A stretch of 64,000 bases of DNA from Antedon mediterranea. Its lineage: Eukaryota > Animalia > Echinodermata. The first letter of the stretch is position 1. Each line of letters opens with the position of its first letter. The position numbers were made by a program, and so were the translations under genes. Positions 1 to 11,115 of the stretch are shown piece by piece. The stretch is from contig NC_092670.1 of assembly GCF_964355755.1 (NCBI RefSeq), forward strand, positions 32,352,388-32,416,387, in the 5' to 3' direction. The notes beneath the pieces were generated by a model that was given only the letters and a program-made list of their open reading frames with translations, made no database searches and had not been told where the DNA came from.

Positions 1-2054
1 GCGACGTTCATTTTGACCGTGAGTACGTCGGAGGGCTATTACACTTATTATTGTAAGCGATCTAGGTGCGAAATTGTCTGGCGGTGTCCCTTTGTACGAA
101 TCGTTCAACATTGGGCCCAGCTGATTACGGTTTAAGCGTGCACGATATATCATGTTCTATCATTCATGAGAGTCCAAAATGCGCAATTACTTTCCAGGCG
201 AAATTTACCGACGCGTACGTCATTTACAGTAAGTGTATCGACGTACGCTACAGAAAAATGTTACGAATTATGTTCACGATCATTTTTTCTTCTTCAAATG
301 TACGATTAACCCTCTGTACCATGGGGTACCTAGATTAGATGTCCCTCTGTACCATGGGGTACCTAGATTAGATGTTTCATTGCATGCCTATTGTATAGGC
401 CTACATTACTAAACAAAAAACATGCACTTTTCGTTTAGCAAAATTCTTCTTATAGCTACGTTGTTAATGAACCCCTCATCGTGCTTGAGAAAGAAAGTTC
501 CGAAAATGGTACGCATAATTGACCTGGGAAGTAATAAAATGATTTTTTTTTTCGATGGAAAATGGTATGTCTACGCTTTTTTTGTTGCCTTGTTCCGCCG
601 GTCACGCATGCCATCGAACCTCGCCGGTGACGTGAGTGTGTTTTGTAATTAATGGGTGATGTTTTCAGATTTGTTTAGAAGAACATAATTTTCTGGGCTG
701 TGTCAAAGTTACAGGGACAAAATGTGAATCAAGTTAGTTTATAGTGATAGAACGCACTTGTCTGTCGGTGTCTCTGTCCTTTGTACGAACAATGTATACA
801 GTAACTCTATATTTAGAAGTTGGCACAGCGCAGACGTTGACATCCGGGTCCATGCTATACACATAAAAAAAAAGCGTAGTTACGTCAAGAGGCGGTATCA
901 TCCATTTGCCGCGGTCACTTTCGTTGCCTTGTTTACTACACCAACGCCTAGAATGTACTGTGTACTAATATCGCGCACGCTTGCACGTCATACAAAAAAA
1001 GTTGCAGGGCACGATTAACGATTAAACAAAATTAACATCTTACACATTTTGGGTACGCGGTTCGTGTATATGTCACTTTTTTTTTTAATGTAAAGAATGT
1101 AACAGTAATAACAGTAACGCATACTACCATCGGACCCCGTGCAATGTGTTAGCACACAGTACCATAGAAAAGGACAAGGTTTTCCTCCCCTAAATCTGAA
1201 TAAAACGTCCTCAAATTGGTTACGATATCGCGTATTTTGTTTCCTTCTTATTTCTTAATGTTAGCATGAATACTCAAAACAGTTATTTAGAAAGAATTAA
1301 ATATTATTTAAGTGTCCTTCTAGGACTCCCAACATACATTTTTATCATGTTCTTCTCCAAATTTCTTTTTAATATTATATTGATGATACAGAGTGATTTA
1401 AGGTAAGAGGTTTTTATAATGTGTAACAGAGACATCCTAACCACTGTCGGTTCTTTTGATCTTCAATTTTCCTCTTGTTGGTGAATGTATTGTTATGCAA
1501 ATTACCGAATTGACGGAATTCAACGATTTTACAGGAAATGGGGTAAAAATGAACGTTAAAAATTGTTAAAATCTGTAATCGTTGACGTTGAACGAACTTC
1601 AACGTTAGGATCGTTAAAACTGACCAATCAAATGATTAAAAAATTACGTCATTGCAATTTGTGAAAAAATAGGTACGCACTGACATTCTTGAATATTTGC
1701 AACGCGACGATGTTTTTCACCTTTTTTGTACACTTTTTAAGGTCGAATATTTCAAAATAACAAGTAGTTATAATTATAGTTTTAAAAAAAGGAATGTTTA
1801 AGTATTATAATATTTGTTTTTAGTGTAAGTATAGATTAAGATATAAGCGAAAACATATCCAAGGCAGTTAGGCTGGTTTGAAACATCAAAACTCTTAACT
1901 TTTCCACACGGTTTTGCAACATTAACACTTCACGTCAGCGTGTCCCAACAACGCTCGAAAGACCCAAGAAACAATGAACAATGAACGATTGCGTAAAAAT
2001 ATGTAAATATTAGCGGTCCGGGTCGATCATTATTGAACAATACCATAAAACTTC

Positions 2055-2120
2055 GCAAATTTTGCTGAGTCAACGAGGGGATTAAGGTCGTTGTTGATGA
2101 CTCTGCAAATTTACATAGCA
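2055..2120. promoter_or_regulatory. Second copy of the ARE module (inverted pair of AREs)
   Basis: TGCTGAGTCA at 2063-2072 and TGACTCTGCA at 2098-2107. The flanks (gcaaattt...ttaaggtc...tgatgactc...caaatttacatag) align with 10515-10590. Confidence 0.35.
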
Positions 2121-3282
2121 AAGAGATACACAGCGTCGAAACTGTCGGCAAGTGTGCACAAAGGGAAATTTAATCATAATAATTTTAATTGTTTCCAGTA
2201 TCTGGTAAATTGTTTTCTCAGCATTGTGTAACTGCTGACTAAACCTCAGTATTTATAAGTTTATCAAAAGCTCTACTTTATTGATAAATGTCATAATATG
2301 ATAAAATATTCTATTTCTCTGTATTGAAATGTAAAATTACTTTTAAAATGTTATTCTTTATAATTTATCATGATTATTTTGAGTTTACTGTTCAATATTT
2401 TCGCTGAATACACTCGCTATATTGTGACAAATTTGAGACGCCATATCTTCCTAGTCAGGTCAGAGAAATCTGATACTGGAAAAACAGGAATATTCTGTAT
2501 GAGGGTCGAGTCGTCGGCGACTAAACCGTCAACCCAGCTAGTGAGGTGGATGGCTGGATGGAAATAAAAAATAAAATCCATCTATAATTGCGAATGAGCT
2601 CTCGCATTAGAAAGCCAACGGCCATCGCAAAATGTCAGTATAACCAGTGTAATGCAATTTCACGCAGGCCTCTATCATCTGCAAAACCACAGGAATCCCA
2701 GTAAGTCGGACAGCACTGAGGCAGAAAGTAACGAGAACCCACTATTAAATACCGCCGGGAATACCATAGGATACGTGTTAAACAGGGACCCTTAGTGTAC
2801 CTATTAGATGTTACTGAGGAAGGTTTCTGAGAATGAAAGGAGTGTTGACAGTGGTACCCCAAACTCCGCGGAAAGGAAACCGCTTGACGCTTATCAATCA
2901 GTATCATGTCAACCTAATATGGGAAGAAGGGAAAGGCTTTCCAAATTGGAACTCGGAATGTAAGAACTCTGAATCAGGATGGACACCTTGAGTTGATACT
3001 GCACAGGAAACCAAAATGAAAGAGCTGACAGGCTTGCTGAAGTCTGCTGTGCCAGCAACCTAACAATCACGAATGCTTGTTTAGATCACCACAAAAGAAA
3101 CCTGTACACATGAAAATCACCTGGTGATCAAGCCGGAGTCATTGTAGTAGACCAGCGAGCAAATACTTGGAAGAATCAAAAGAACTCATAAGAAGCCGTG
3201 GATTAGTCAAGTAGTACTTGATCTTGCTGAGGAAAAGAGCAGGTTGCGTAATCAAAGAAACACACCAACCCAAGAAAGAATT

Positions 3283-3286
<4 letters not shown>

Positions 3287-3326
<40 letters not shown>

Positions 3327-3631
3327 ATTGCCTGAAAGAGATAAAAAGAGTTATAAAATTAAGAATTCTGTGGTAAATTATACGTACATTGTTAAGGATT
3401 GAAAAACGTGTAAAGAGTGTATAACATAGAGGAATTTTTTTTTCTTTCCTTATACTATTATATATAAAATGCAATGGTAGGAGTGAGATATCAGTTGTAC
3501 TGAAAGTTAGTTAATGTCAATTATATTGTATTGTATCATTACATTACTCATGTGCTCAATGTACTCATTGTAAACGAACATTTTATTGATGAAGAAATAA
3601 AAGTGGGTCGATCCTACATAAGACAACAAAA
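3287..3631 (-). mobile_element. Short poly(A)-tailed retroposed insert with 12-bp TSD
   Basis: 42-nt poly(T) at 3284-3325 on + (poly(A) on -). Direct repeat AAAGAATTGTTT at 3275-3286 and 3632-3643. No ORF. Confidence 0.7.
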
Positions 3632-4559
3632 AAAGAATTGTTTGCAAAGATCCAACGAAACATCCGGAGAGATAAGGTAATTGGGCCCGTGTAAAGTGGA
3701 TCAGTAATTCTGATGCTAATGGCATATCTAAAGAAATGTTTGAACAAATTAAAACTTTAAAACAAATCTACCTCAGCACACAGCAAGCATGTATCAAAGA
3801 CAGATGGAAATGTGCTCAATGAATTAGTAGATATCATAAACAGCGTATGGCATAAATCGTTTTGAAAATCAGATGGAGAAGAATCTTGTCCATGCCGAAA
3901 TCACTGGTAGTACAGGCTATATGTGACATTTATCCTATGTAACCTTGAAAAAATTCTAATAAAAGGTCTTTTGGTATTTTCTTGTAGCTTTAGGTGTGAA
4001 TAAATACCAAAAAATTTTTGCAGCCTTCTAGTTGCTGCGTTAGTGAGATATTGAGGGTCAAAGGTCAGTGACCTTTTTGTGGCATTTGATGGCTCATAAC
4101 TCCTCAATTCCTGGGTTTAAAAAGACAACTGTGGTGTCTACATCTATGTTTTAGTGGTCAAACAACAAAATAAAGTTTTTGCAAATTTCGGGTTACTTGT
4201 GCCATTGGTCAGATAGTCGGGTCAAGGGTCATTGACCTTTATTCATTAATAACTACTACTAGTTTAGGACCTGGGTAAGATTTGTATGCATTCAATTTAG
4301 GAGAGAATATCTCAACTGTTATAGGATAATTAGACCCCAAGGAACAACATGGGATATGTGCCAAATTCGTTATCGGGGGCGAACATGCCCAAAATCGGGG
4401 TCAAAGGTTAGAAATGTGTGGTTCTTATATCTCGACAACCAAATCATACAGATTTGCTTTTGGTGTCAAATTGTTCAGAAAATACATATTTATATTCAGT
4501 CTAACACAACGTTTACCCCAAAAAATGACCGGAAATGCTTTTACTGACCTTTGACCAAA

Positions 4560-6275
4560 CTTACTTACTTAATGTCATCCCACTATTAAGTGGGTGCCAT
4601 GATAATTTGTCTCCACACATCTCTATCAAGCATGCTCTTTCTCAGTTCACTCAGGTCTAGTTTGGTATCTTTCAACAGAATGTCGAGCGAAGTCAATTGA
4701 GGTCTTCCCACTTTCCTTTTCTCTTCTGGTTCCCAAAGGAGAACTCTTAAGGCAGGCTCAGAGCTTCTCATAACATGACCGGCAAGGCCCATGCGACGTC
4801 TTTGAATGATGGTCGTAAGACGGGGAAGGTTGGCATATAGTGTCTTGTTGGTGGCGTGTGAGGACCATGGGATGTTTTGGACTTTCCTCAGCATGCGGGT
4901 GTATGCTCCATCCAATGATTTTGAGAGCGATGAAGTAAGATAGACTCCATGTCTCACAGCCGTAAAGAAGAATGGCTTCAACTGTTGACTTAAAGAGGCG
5001 GATTTTTGTGGACTTGTTGATACGAGATGCCCATATTTTTGAAAGACTGTTCAGCGCACCCCATGCTTGACCAAGTCTTGCTTCGACATCATGGTTAGTG
5101 GATGAACAGTAGCTTCCGAGGTACTTGAAATCCTCTACTTGTTCTATTGCTGATCCATCCAGTGCGAGAGTTATAGAAGGTGATGAGGGGTGTAAATGTA
5201 TGAATTGGGTCTTCTTGATGTTTAAGTATAAACCTATAGCTTGTGTGGCTTGTTGAATTCTGTGCAGTAGATTTTCGGCAGCATGTATGGAATCTTCAAG
5301 AATGGCGATGTCATCGGCAAAGTCCAGGTCTGGTAGTACTTCAGCTGGATGTCTTCTACTACGGCGGAGGGTGAGACCGTCTGATGATGTAGTTGCTGAT
5401 CGCACTACATAGTCAAGGCAGACAATAAACAAGAATGGAGCAAGAGGGTCTCCTTGAACTACGCCAGAGTCGATGTTGAAGCAATCAGTCTCACCATCTG
5501 GAGTCAGGACAACTGCTGATGTATTGATATACATTACTCTGATGGCTTCTACAATTTTATGAGGGATGCCGTATGCTAAGAGGATCTTCATCATGATGTT
5601 GCGATTGATGGAATCGAAGGCTTTGCGAAAGTCAATAAAGATAATGACTGCCTCTTTGTGATGGTTCTTAACCTTTTCAACAATTCTCCTCAGTGCAAGA
5701 ATGTGCGTAGTTGTTGATCGTGCCTGACGAAAGCCATTCTGGTTGGGGCGTAAAACTTCATTAATCACAGGACGTATCCTATTTAAAATCAGGCGATTGT
5801 AGATCTTTGCAGCCAATTGTGATAATGAAATACCCCTGTAGTTATCTGGTTTTGAAAGATCACCTTTTTTCGGGATATAAACGAAATTCCCCATTCTGAT
5901 GGCCTGTTTCCATCAAGAATTTGATTGCAGAAAGAAGTGAGAGCTTTCTGGGTGCCCGGTAATTTCCATATTTTGATGGGAAGACCGTCAAGACCAGGTG
6001 CTTTGCCAGATTTCATCTGTTTGCAAGCAATTGACACCTCAGCCTCGGAGAACCTCTCGGAGCTTATCTGGTGGTTAAGTTGAAGATTTTGACGATATCC
6101 ATGTCATCTACCACTGAAGTCTCCACCGATAGTAGTTTGTGGAAGAGAGTTTTCCATGCTAGAGAACGATCCTCTCCCATGATGCAGGCACTTTGAGATC
6201 TCTTCCCTGAGAGTTGTTTGACAAGTTGCCATGCAGATCTTAAGCTGTTGGCCGATGCTGGTTGATCGAAAAAAA
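4560..6275 (-). mobile_element. 5'-truncated RTE-clade LINE (frameshifted RT ORF) inserted in the left TIR
   Basis: RT motifs KSGKAPGLDG, NYRGISL, FIDFRKAFDS, GVVQGDPLAP, DFADD and FKYLGS spread over ORFs 5789-6037, 4758-5894 and 4586-4981. Very short 3' UTR with a (TAAG)n tail. TSD TGACCAAA at 4552-4559 and 6276-6283. Confidence 0.9.
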
Positions 6276-6464
6276 TGACCAAAAAAACACATTTTCTGGT
6301 TAAATTATTCTTTAAAATGTCAATGGACACACTGTATGGTATAAAATGGAAGCATATACAATATGCTACCCATTGCTACCCAACTTGTATTGAAATTTTT
6401 AATTAGGAATATAACTTTATGGAAAATGTGCATAATTGACTTCAGTATTTAGAATTATTATTAA

Positions 6465-7482
6465 TTTATCTTTATCAACTGGTACGACCTTTCCTGATGA
6501 TTTGAAGTTGGGTCTAGTTACATTTATTTTAAAGAAACCTTCACTGGATCATACTTGCATGGCAAATTTTCGATCTATTTCTAATGTCGCTTTTTTATCT
6601 AATTGATCCTTGAGAAATGCGTTGCTTTAGATCTCATACATTTTCTTGACGACAATAATCTGTTCGACCCTCTTCAATCAGCATATAGAAAGCACCACAG
6701 TACAGAGTCAGCCATTCTCAAGGTGCATAATGATATTATTTTAACTCTAAATAAAGGTAATTGTCTTTTTTCTGTGTACCTCGACCTGTCGGCAGCTTCT
6801 GATACCATGGACTATTCCATTCTTATTGCAAGACTCTCGTCTATTGGTATCTGTGGATCTGCTCTAAATTGGTTCAAGTCATATTTGTCTTCTAGGAAGC
6901 AGCAGGTCCGGATTGGTAATGTCAAATCTACCTCTATCGACCTGAAATGCGGTGTTCCTCAAGGATCAATACTGGGTCCAGTATTGTTTTTAGTTTACAT
7001 CTCGCCCATGAGTGATATCATTAAGAGACATTGTGTCCAATATCATGTGTACGCAGATGATACACAACTGTACATCAGCTTTAATCCAGCAGAGTTTAAT
7101 GAGGCGAAATCGGTTATCGAAGCTTGTGTTGTTGATGTTCAGGATTGTCTAACTAAAAACATGCTCTTTTTAAACCTGGTAAAACAGAAATCTTATTTCT
7201 TCATTCAAAACACTTCAAGAAATTGGCCATTGCTAGAAACATCAATCACATCATCGTTGGAGGTTAGATATATCGGAGTTGTATTTGACTCAGCAACGAT
7301 TATGTCCAGACATATCAACAACATTAGTAACTGATACCTACCACCTTCGTAACATAAGATCAATTCGCAAACACACTCCTCGCTTATTAAACTTGTCCAT
7401 GCACTAATAACATCACGGTTAGACTACTGCAATGCCATTTTGTTTGGTCTACCAAATAAAGAACCTAATAAACTACAACTAA
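6465..7482 (+). mobile_element. L2/CR1-group LINE reverse transcriptase fragment between the TIRs
   Basis: KKPSLD...NFRSISN, QSAYRKHHSTESA, LDLSAASD, GVPQGSILGP, YADDTQLY and [14 protein letters not shown] motifs. Frameshifted and truncated at both ends. Confidence 0.85.
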
Positions 7483-9295
7483 GTCTTTTCTTTTTTATAC
7501 CAAATATTTCATTACAACGCTAGAATTATTTCACCTAAAATAAACTTACATTAATTTATACTCATTTTTGTCTAAATTTAATAAAATATGCATATTTTCC
7601 AAAAATAACATCACATAATTAAATACAAGTTGGGTAGCAATGGGTAGCATATTGTATATGCTTTCATTTGATACCATACAGTGTGTCCATTGACATTTTA
7701 AATATTTAACCCGAAAATGTGTTTTTTGGTCAAAGGTCAGTAAAAGCATTTCCGGTCATTTTTTTGGGTAAAAGTTGTGTTAGACCGAATATAAATATGT
7801 ATATTCTGAACAATTTGACACCAAAAGCAAATCTGTATGACAAGTGGTTGTCGAGATATAAGAACCACACATTTCTAACCCTTGACCCCGATTTTGGGCA
7901 TTTTCGCCCCAGATAACGAATTTGACACATATCCCATATTGTTCCTTGGGGTCAAATTATCCTATAACAGTTGAGATATTCTCTCATAAATTGAATGCAT
8001 ACAAATCTTACTCAGGTCCTACACTAGCAGTAGTTATTAATGAATAAAGGTCAATGACCTTTGACCTGACTATCTGACCAATGGCACAAGTAACCCAAAA
8101 TTTGCAAAAACTTTATTTTGTTGTTTGACCACTAAAACATAGATGTAGAAACCACATTTGTCTTTTTAAACCCAGGAGTTGAGGAGTTATGAGCCATCAA
8201 ATGCCACAAAAAGGTCACTGACCTTTGACCCTCAATATCTCACTAACGCAGCAACTAGAAGGCTGCAAAAATTTTTTGGTAATTATTGACACCTAAAGCT
8301 ACAAGAAAATACCAAAAGACCTTTTATTAGAATTTTTTCATGGTCAAACCATATATAGCCGCTACTATGGTTGAAGAAGCTGAACAACCTCCACATTTAT
8401 CTAAAGTTGAGCATGCAGTCAGCAAACTGAAGTCTGGAAAATCACCTGGTCTTGCCGAACTTATAAAATCCGCAGGGCAGCGTGGAATAGAAGCATTACA
8501 CCAACTTTGCACAAGCATAGATAAACTTGGCCGGATTACTGGAAAATACAAGAGCTCTTTGTAATGTTCATAGACTACTCAAAAAGCGTTTGATTCGGTC
8601 AGTCACGTCAAACTGTTTGTTGTAATGACAGAAATGTGTTTCCCATCCGTTGTCAAACTGTTGCAGTCTTTGTACATAAACCAAAGAGGGAAGATCAGAA
8701 GAAATGGTGAAAATACGGTGGTATTCAGCATAACAAAAGTTGTAATACTGTACAAGGATGTATAGTCTCATCATATCTCTTTGTGACATACACAGAGAGA
8801 GTAATGCGGGTTTCTGAAGTGGATCCTTATGGGTTCAAAATATGAGGCATACCAAATTCTTCTCCGTTATCCTGATGACACAGTACTTCTTAAAACAACA
8901 GTAGAAGGCATCGAAAGCAAACTGCACAATTGCAGAACGGACAAAAGAAGGATGACCGAACTTCAAGATCTGTGGAATGATCGCAAGCTTACAACAGGAC
9001 TACTGAAGATGAAATTAATCAAAATTCTAGTATGGAGTGTACTTCTTTTTTCGGCTTAGCGGGCTGGACTCTTAAGAAAGCAAACGAGAACAGGGTGCTT
9101 GTTGCCGAAATGTTCTGGAGAAAAATTGCTGAACATCACATGGAAATATAAAATAACAAACAGAAGCATACAAGGAAGGAACTTGGCGTGAAAAGAAAAC
9201 TACTGGCGGAGATCATGAAAAGAAAATTAGCCTACTTTGGCCGTTTCGTAAGAGGAGAAGCGGCAGTGAAATTCGTAACTTAGATATATCTCTTA

Positions 9296-10125
9296 AGCCC
9301 CTTTCTCACAGATGTGTCTGCAATATACCGGTACAGTGCTGGCGTCGTGCCGGTATCGTTACCGGCATATACCCATTCTCATCGGACTATCGTGCCGGAA
9401 ATATAACCGGTATATACCGGCTTTCTGTGAGAAAGGAGTCGGGCATATTCGGCCAATAAAAAGTCTCTGACAAAATAATTATTGAGGGCGTCCTTTATTG
9501 TTATTATTTTTGTCTAGGGATATATGGCGGCGAATGTTAGGTTACAGATTATTATCTTCCTTTATAGCATATTTATGCAATACATGCTATGTACAGTATA
9601 TTGTGCATATATTATACAGGTACAGCAATTAATTAGCCGTCATCGGCAATCTGTAAAACACCTTAGGAGGCTGTACAATTTACAAGGCGACGAAGGGTCA
9701 GGCTAGTTAGGCACCAACAAAGAGCTAGCTAGGCCTATATGGCCCAGGCCTGCTATAGATTATGCTACAAATTTCTTCTTGTCCCCTTATTTTAAGCAGC
9801 TCTCTTATCTCATTATCCCTCCAGTTTGACATTATTATTGTTAATTGAATTGAATCGGCGCCAAAGTGATACACTTGACCGCGCAAGGTGTCTGAAGCCT
9901 CGACAGGGAACCCCGGAATATAACGACGTTACGTTCTCACAGAATGACCGTCTGGCATTGCGGGGAATATCCCTAGAATATTACTAGGTCTAAAGCAGGT
10001 CATGTCGATGCCGGCATGGTGCCGGCATGATGCCAAGACGACCCGTTCTCACAGAAAACCATACCGGCATGGTAATGGTATATTCCCGCAATATTCCTGG
10101 CACTCAGCTCTGTGAGAAAGGGGCT
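9296..10125. mobile_element. PIF/Harbinger-like non-autonomous element (830 bp)
   Basis: TIR AGCCCCTTTCTCACAGA...TCTGTGAGAAAGGGGCT, TTA on both sides (9293-9295, 10126-10128), and internal subterminal TTCTCACAGA and ccgg repeats. Confidence 0.8.
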
Positions 10126-10514
10126 TTAGATCTTTTAAGCTTCTTACTCAAAACAGATCTGCTTGAAATAAAGAGATACGGAGATTTGAAAGATTAATAG
10201 CCAGTAGCCAATCGTCAGTCATGATAATAATTAATATTGTATTCCTTAAATATATTATATTAGGCCAATTTTTTTTTAAATATATAAATTTTATTGAAAA
10301 TGTATTTATTTTTTATTTTAAAAGGAACTAGGCCTATAACACTATATTTACTAAATACATTTAACATAGGGTAGGCCTAATGTCGTATCATCATCATATG
10401 TATTTAGCCCGGTGAAGTCACACGGTTGCATGCCGTATTGAGATTTCGCAAGAGACTCTCTCGAAATGTCTTCATGCATCACTGATTTTGACTAAACAAT
10501 AGAACTGCGCAAGC

Positions 10515-10590
10515 GCAAATTTGCAGAGTCACTAACGATGACCAATACGCTTTAAGGTCATTATTGATGACTCGTCAAATTTACATAGAA
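10515..10590. promoter_or_regulatory. Putative ARE/CNC-sMaf (Nrf2-type) element module upstream of ABCB6
   Basis: The reverse strand of 10518-10532 reads GTGACTCTGCAAATT, matching RTGACnnnGCAWW. A second, degenerate ATGACTCGTCAAAT lies at 10567-10580. A homologous module is present at 2055-2120. Confidence 0.4.
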
Positions 10591-10716
10591 AAGCAAGTGC
10601 GACACAGGAGCCGTTGCATATCTCTGATAGTGTTGTCTGAGATTACACGGTCAATTGAACGGGTCTAATTCCTTTGCTGAACGCGTCACCTGTGGTTGTT
10701 TGAAAATAAATTGTCG

Positions 10717-10743
10717 ATGGCGCACGTCTATTACGAAATATTG
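10717..10743 (+). CDS. ABCB6: Candidate short first coding exon of ABCB6 (MAHVYYEIL)
   Basis: ATG at 10717, 9 codons, then GT (TTG|gtagtt). Phase 0 matches the acceptor at 11116, and the join gives a 633-aa ORF. It lies ~150-200 bp downstream of an ARE-bearing, CpG-containing segment. The donor is weak and the true 5' exons could lie upstream of the window. Confidence 0.4.
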
Positions 10744-10877
10744 GTAGTTTTGTTTAAACATTATCAACATTAAGTTTTTTTCTACTGTAATATAGAGAGG
10801 ATGTGTGTTATTTTGGCTTCTGAATTTACCATTTTATAAATACATGCATTAGTCATTGACTTGCTGGCCTAACAATT

Positions 10878-10981
10878 AAAACAAGGTCATATACATGGCT
10901 GCGGTCGCGTGCTAAAGTTAGTGTTTACCGACCGACCGACCAACCGACCGACATAGTGAGCTGTAGAGTCGCGACTAAAAA
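10878..10981 (+). mobile_element. Small Helentron/HINE-like element with (ACCG)n microsatellite
   Basis: aacaag 5' end, (ACCG)n tract at 10927-10952, and 3' palindrome agtcgcgact followed by an A-run. Confidence 0.4.
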
Positions 10982-11115
10982 GCATTTAATGAAGAAAGGA
11001 CATAACACTGTTTTAAAAAGCTGTTACGTCAAAAAGTCGAGCGGCGTTTTTTGTAAGAAATATTGTTTGTTCTAACACCATTTTATCACCTTCATTTTAT
11101 ATTTATTTTCCACAG

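Larger units (their letters stand above)
3908..8367. mobile_element. Non-autonomous long-TIR DNA transposon, Academ-like (TAG...CTA ends, 3-bp TSD TGG)
   Basis: ~800-bp inverted arms (3908-4559 plus 6284-6452 versus ~7572-8367). Termini TAGTA.../...TACTA. TGG at 3905-3907 and 8368-8370. The ORF track shows mirror ORFs 4356-4547(+) and 7730-7930(-). Confidence 0.8.
2440..9280 (+). mobile_element. Degenerate RTE-clade LINE (outer host of the nested cluster; own sequence ~2440-3286, 3644-3907, 8371-9280)
   Basis: APE start FQIGTRNVRTL near 2938; IQRNIRRDK and CIKD-DGNVL linker near 3650-3820; EHAVSKLKSGKSPG at 8410-8450; C-terminal LVWSVLL...LAYFG at 9020-9240. Many frameshifts and deletions. 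The frame rejoins across the 3908-8367 insertion (KSLVEEAEQPP). Outer boundaries are approximate. Confidence 0.75.

Noticed and set aside
1-1900. Short ORFs and possible ABCB6 TMD0 exons at the window start
   Set aside because: No recognisable motifs or phase-consistent exon chain found; only a 33-bp local duplication at ~310-375.
3908-8367. Tc1/mariner interpretation with a TA target duplication
   Set aside because: Formally possible, but TGG flanks both ends and the TAG...CTA termini match the element at 36469-39125, which also has a 3-bp TSD.
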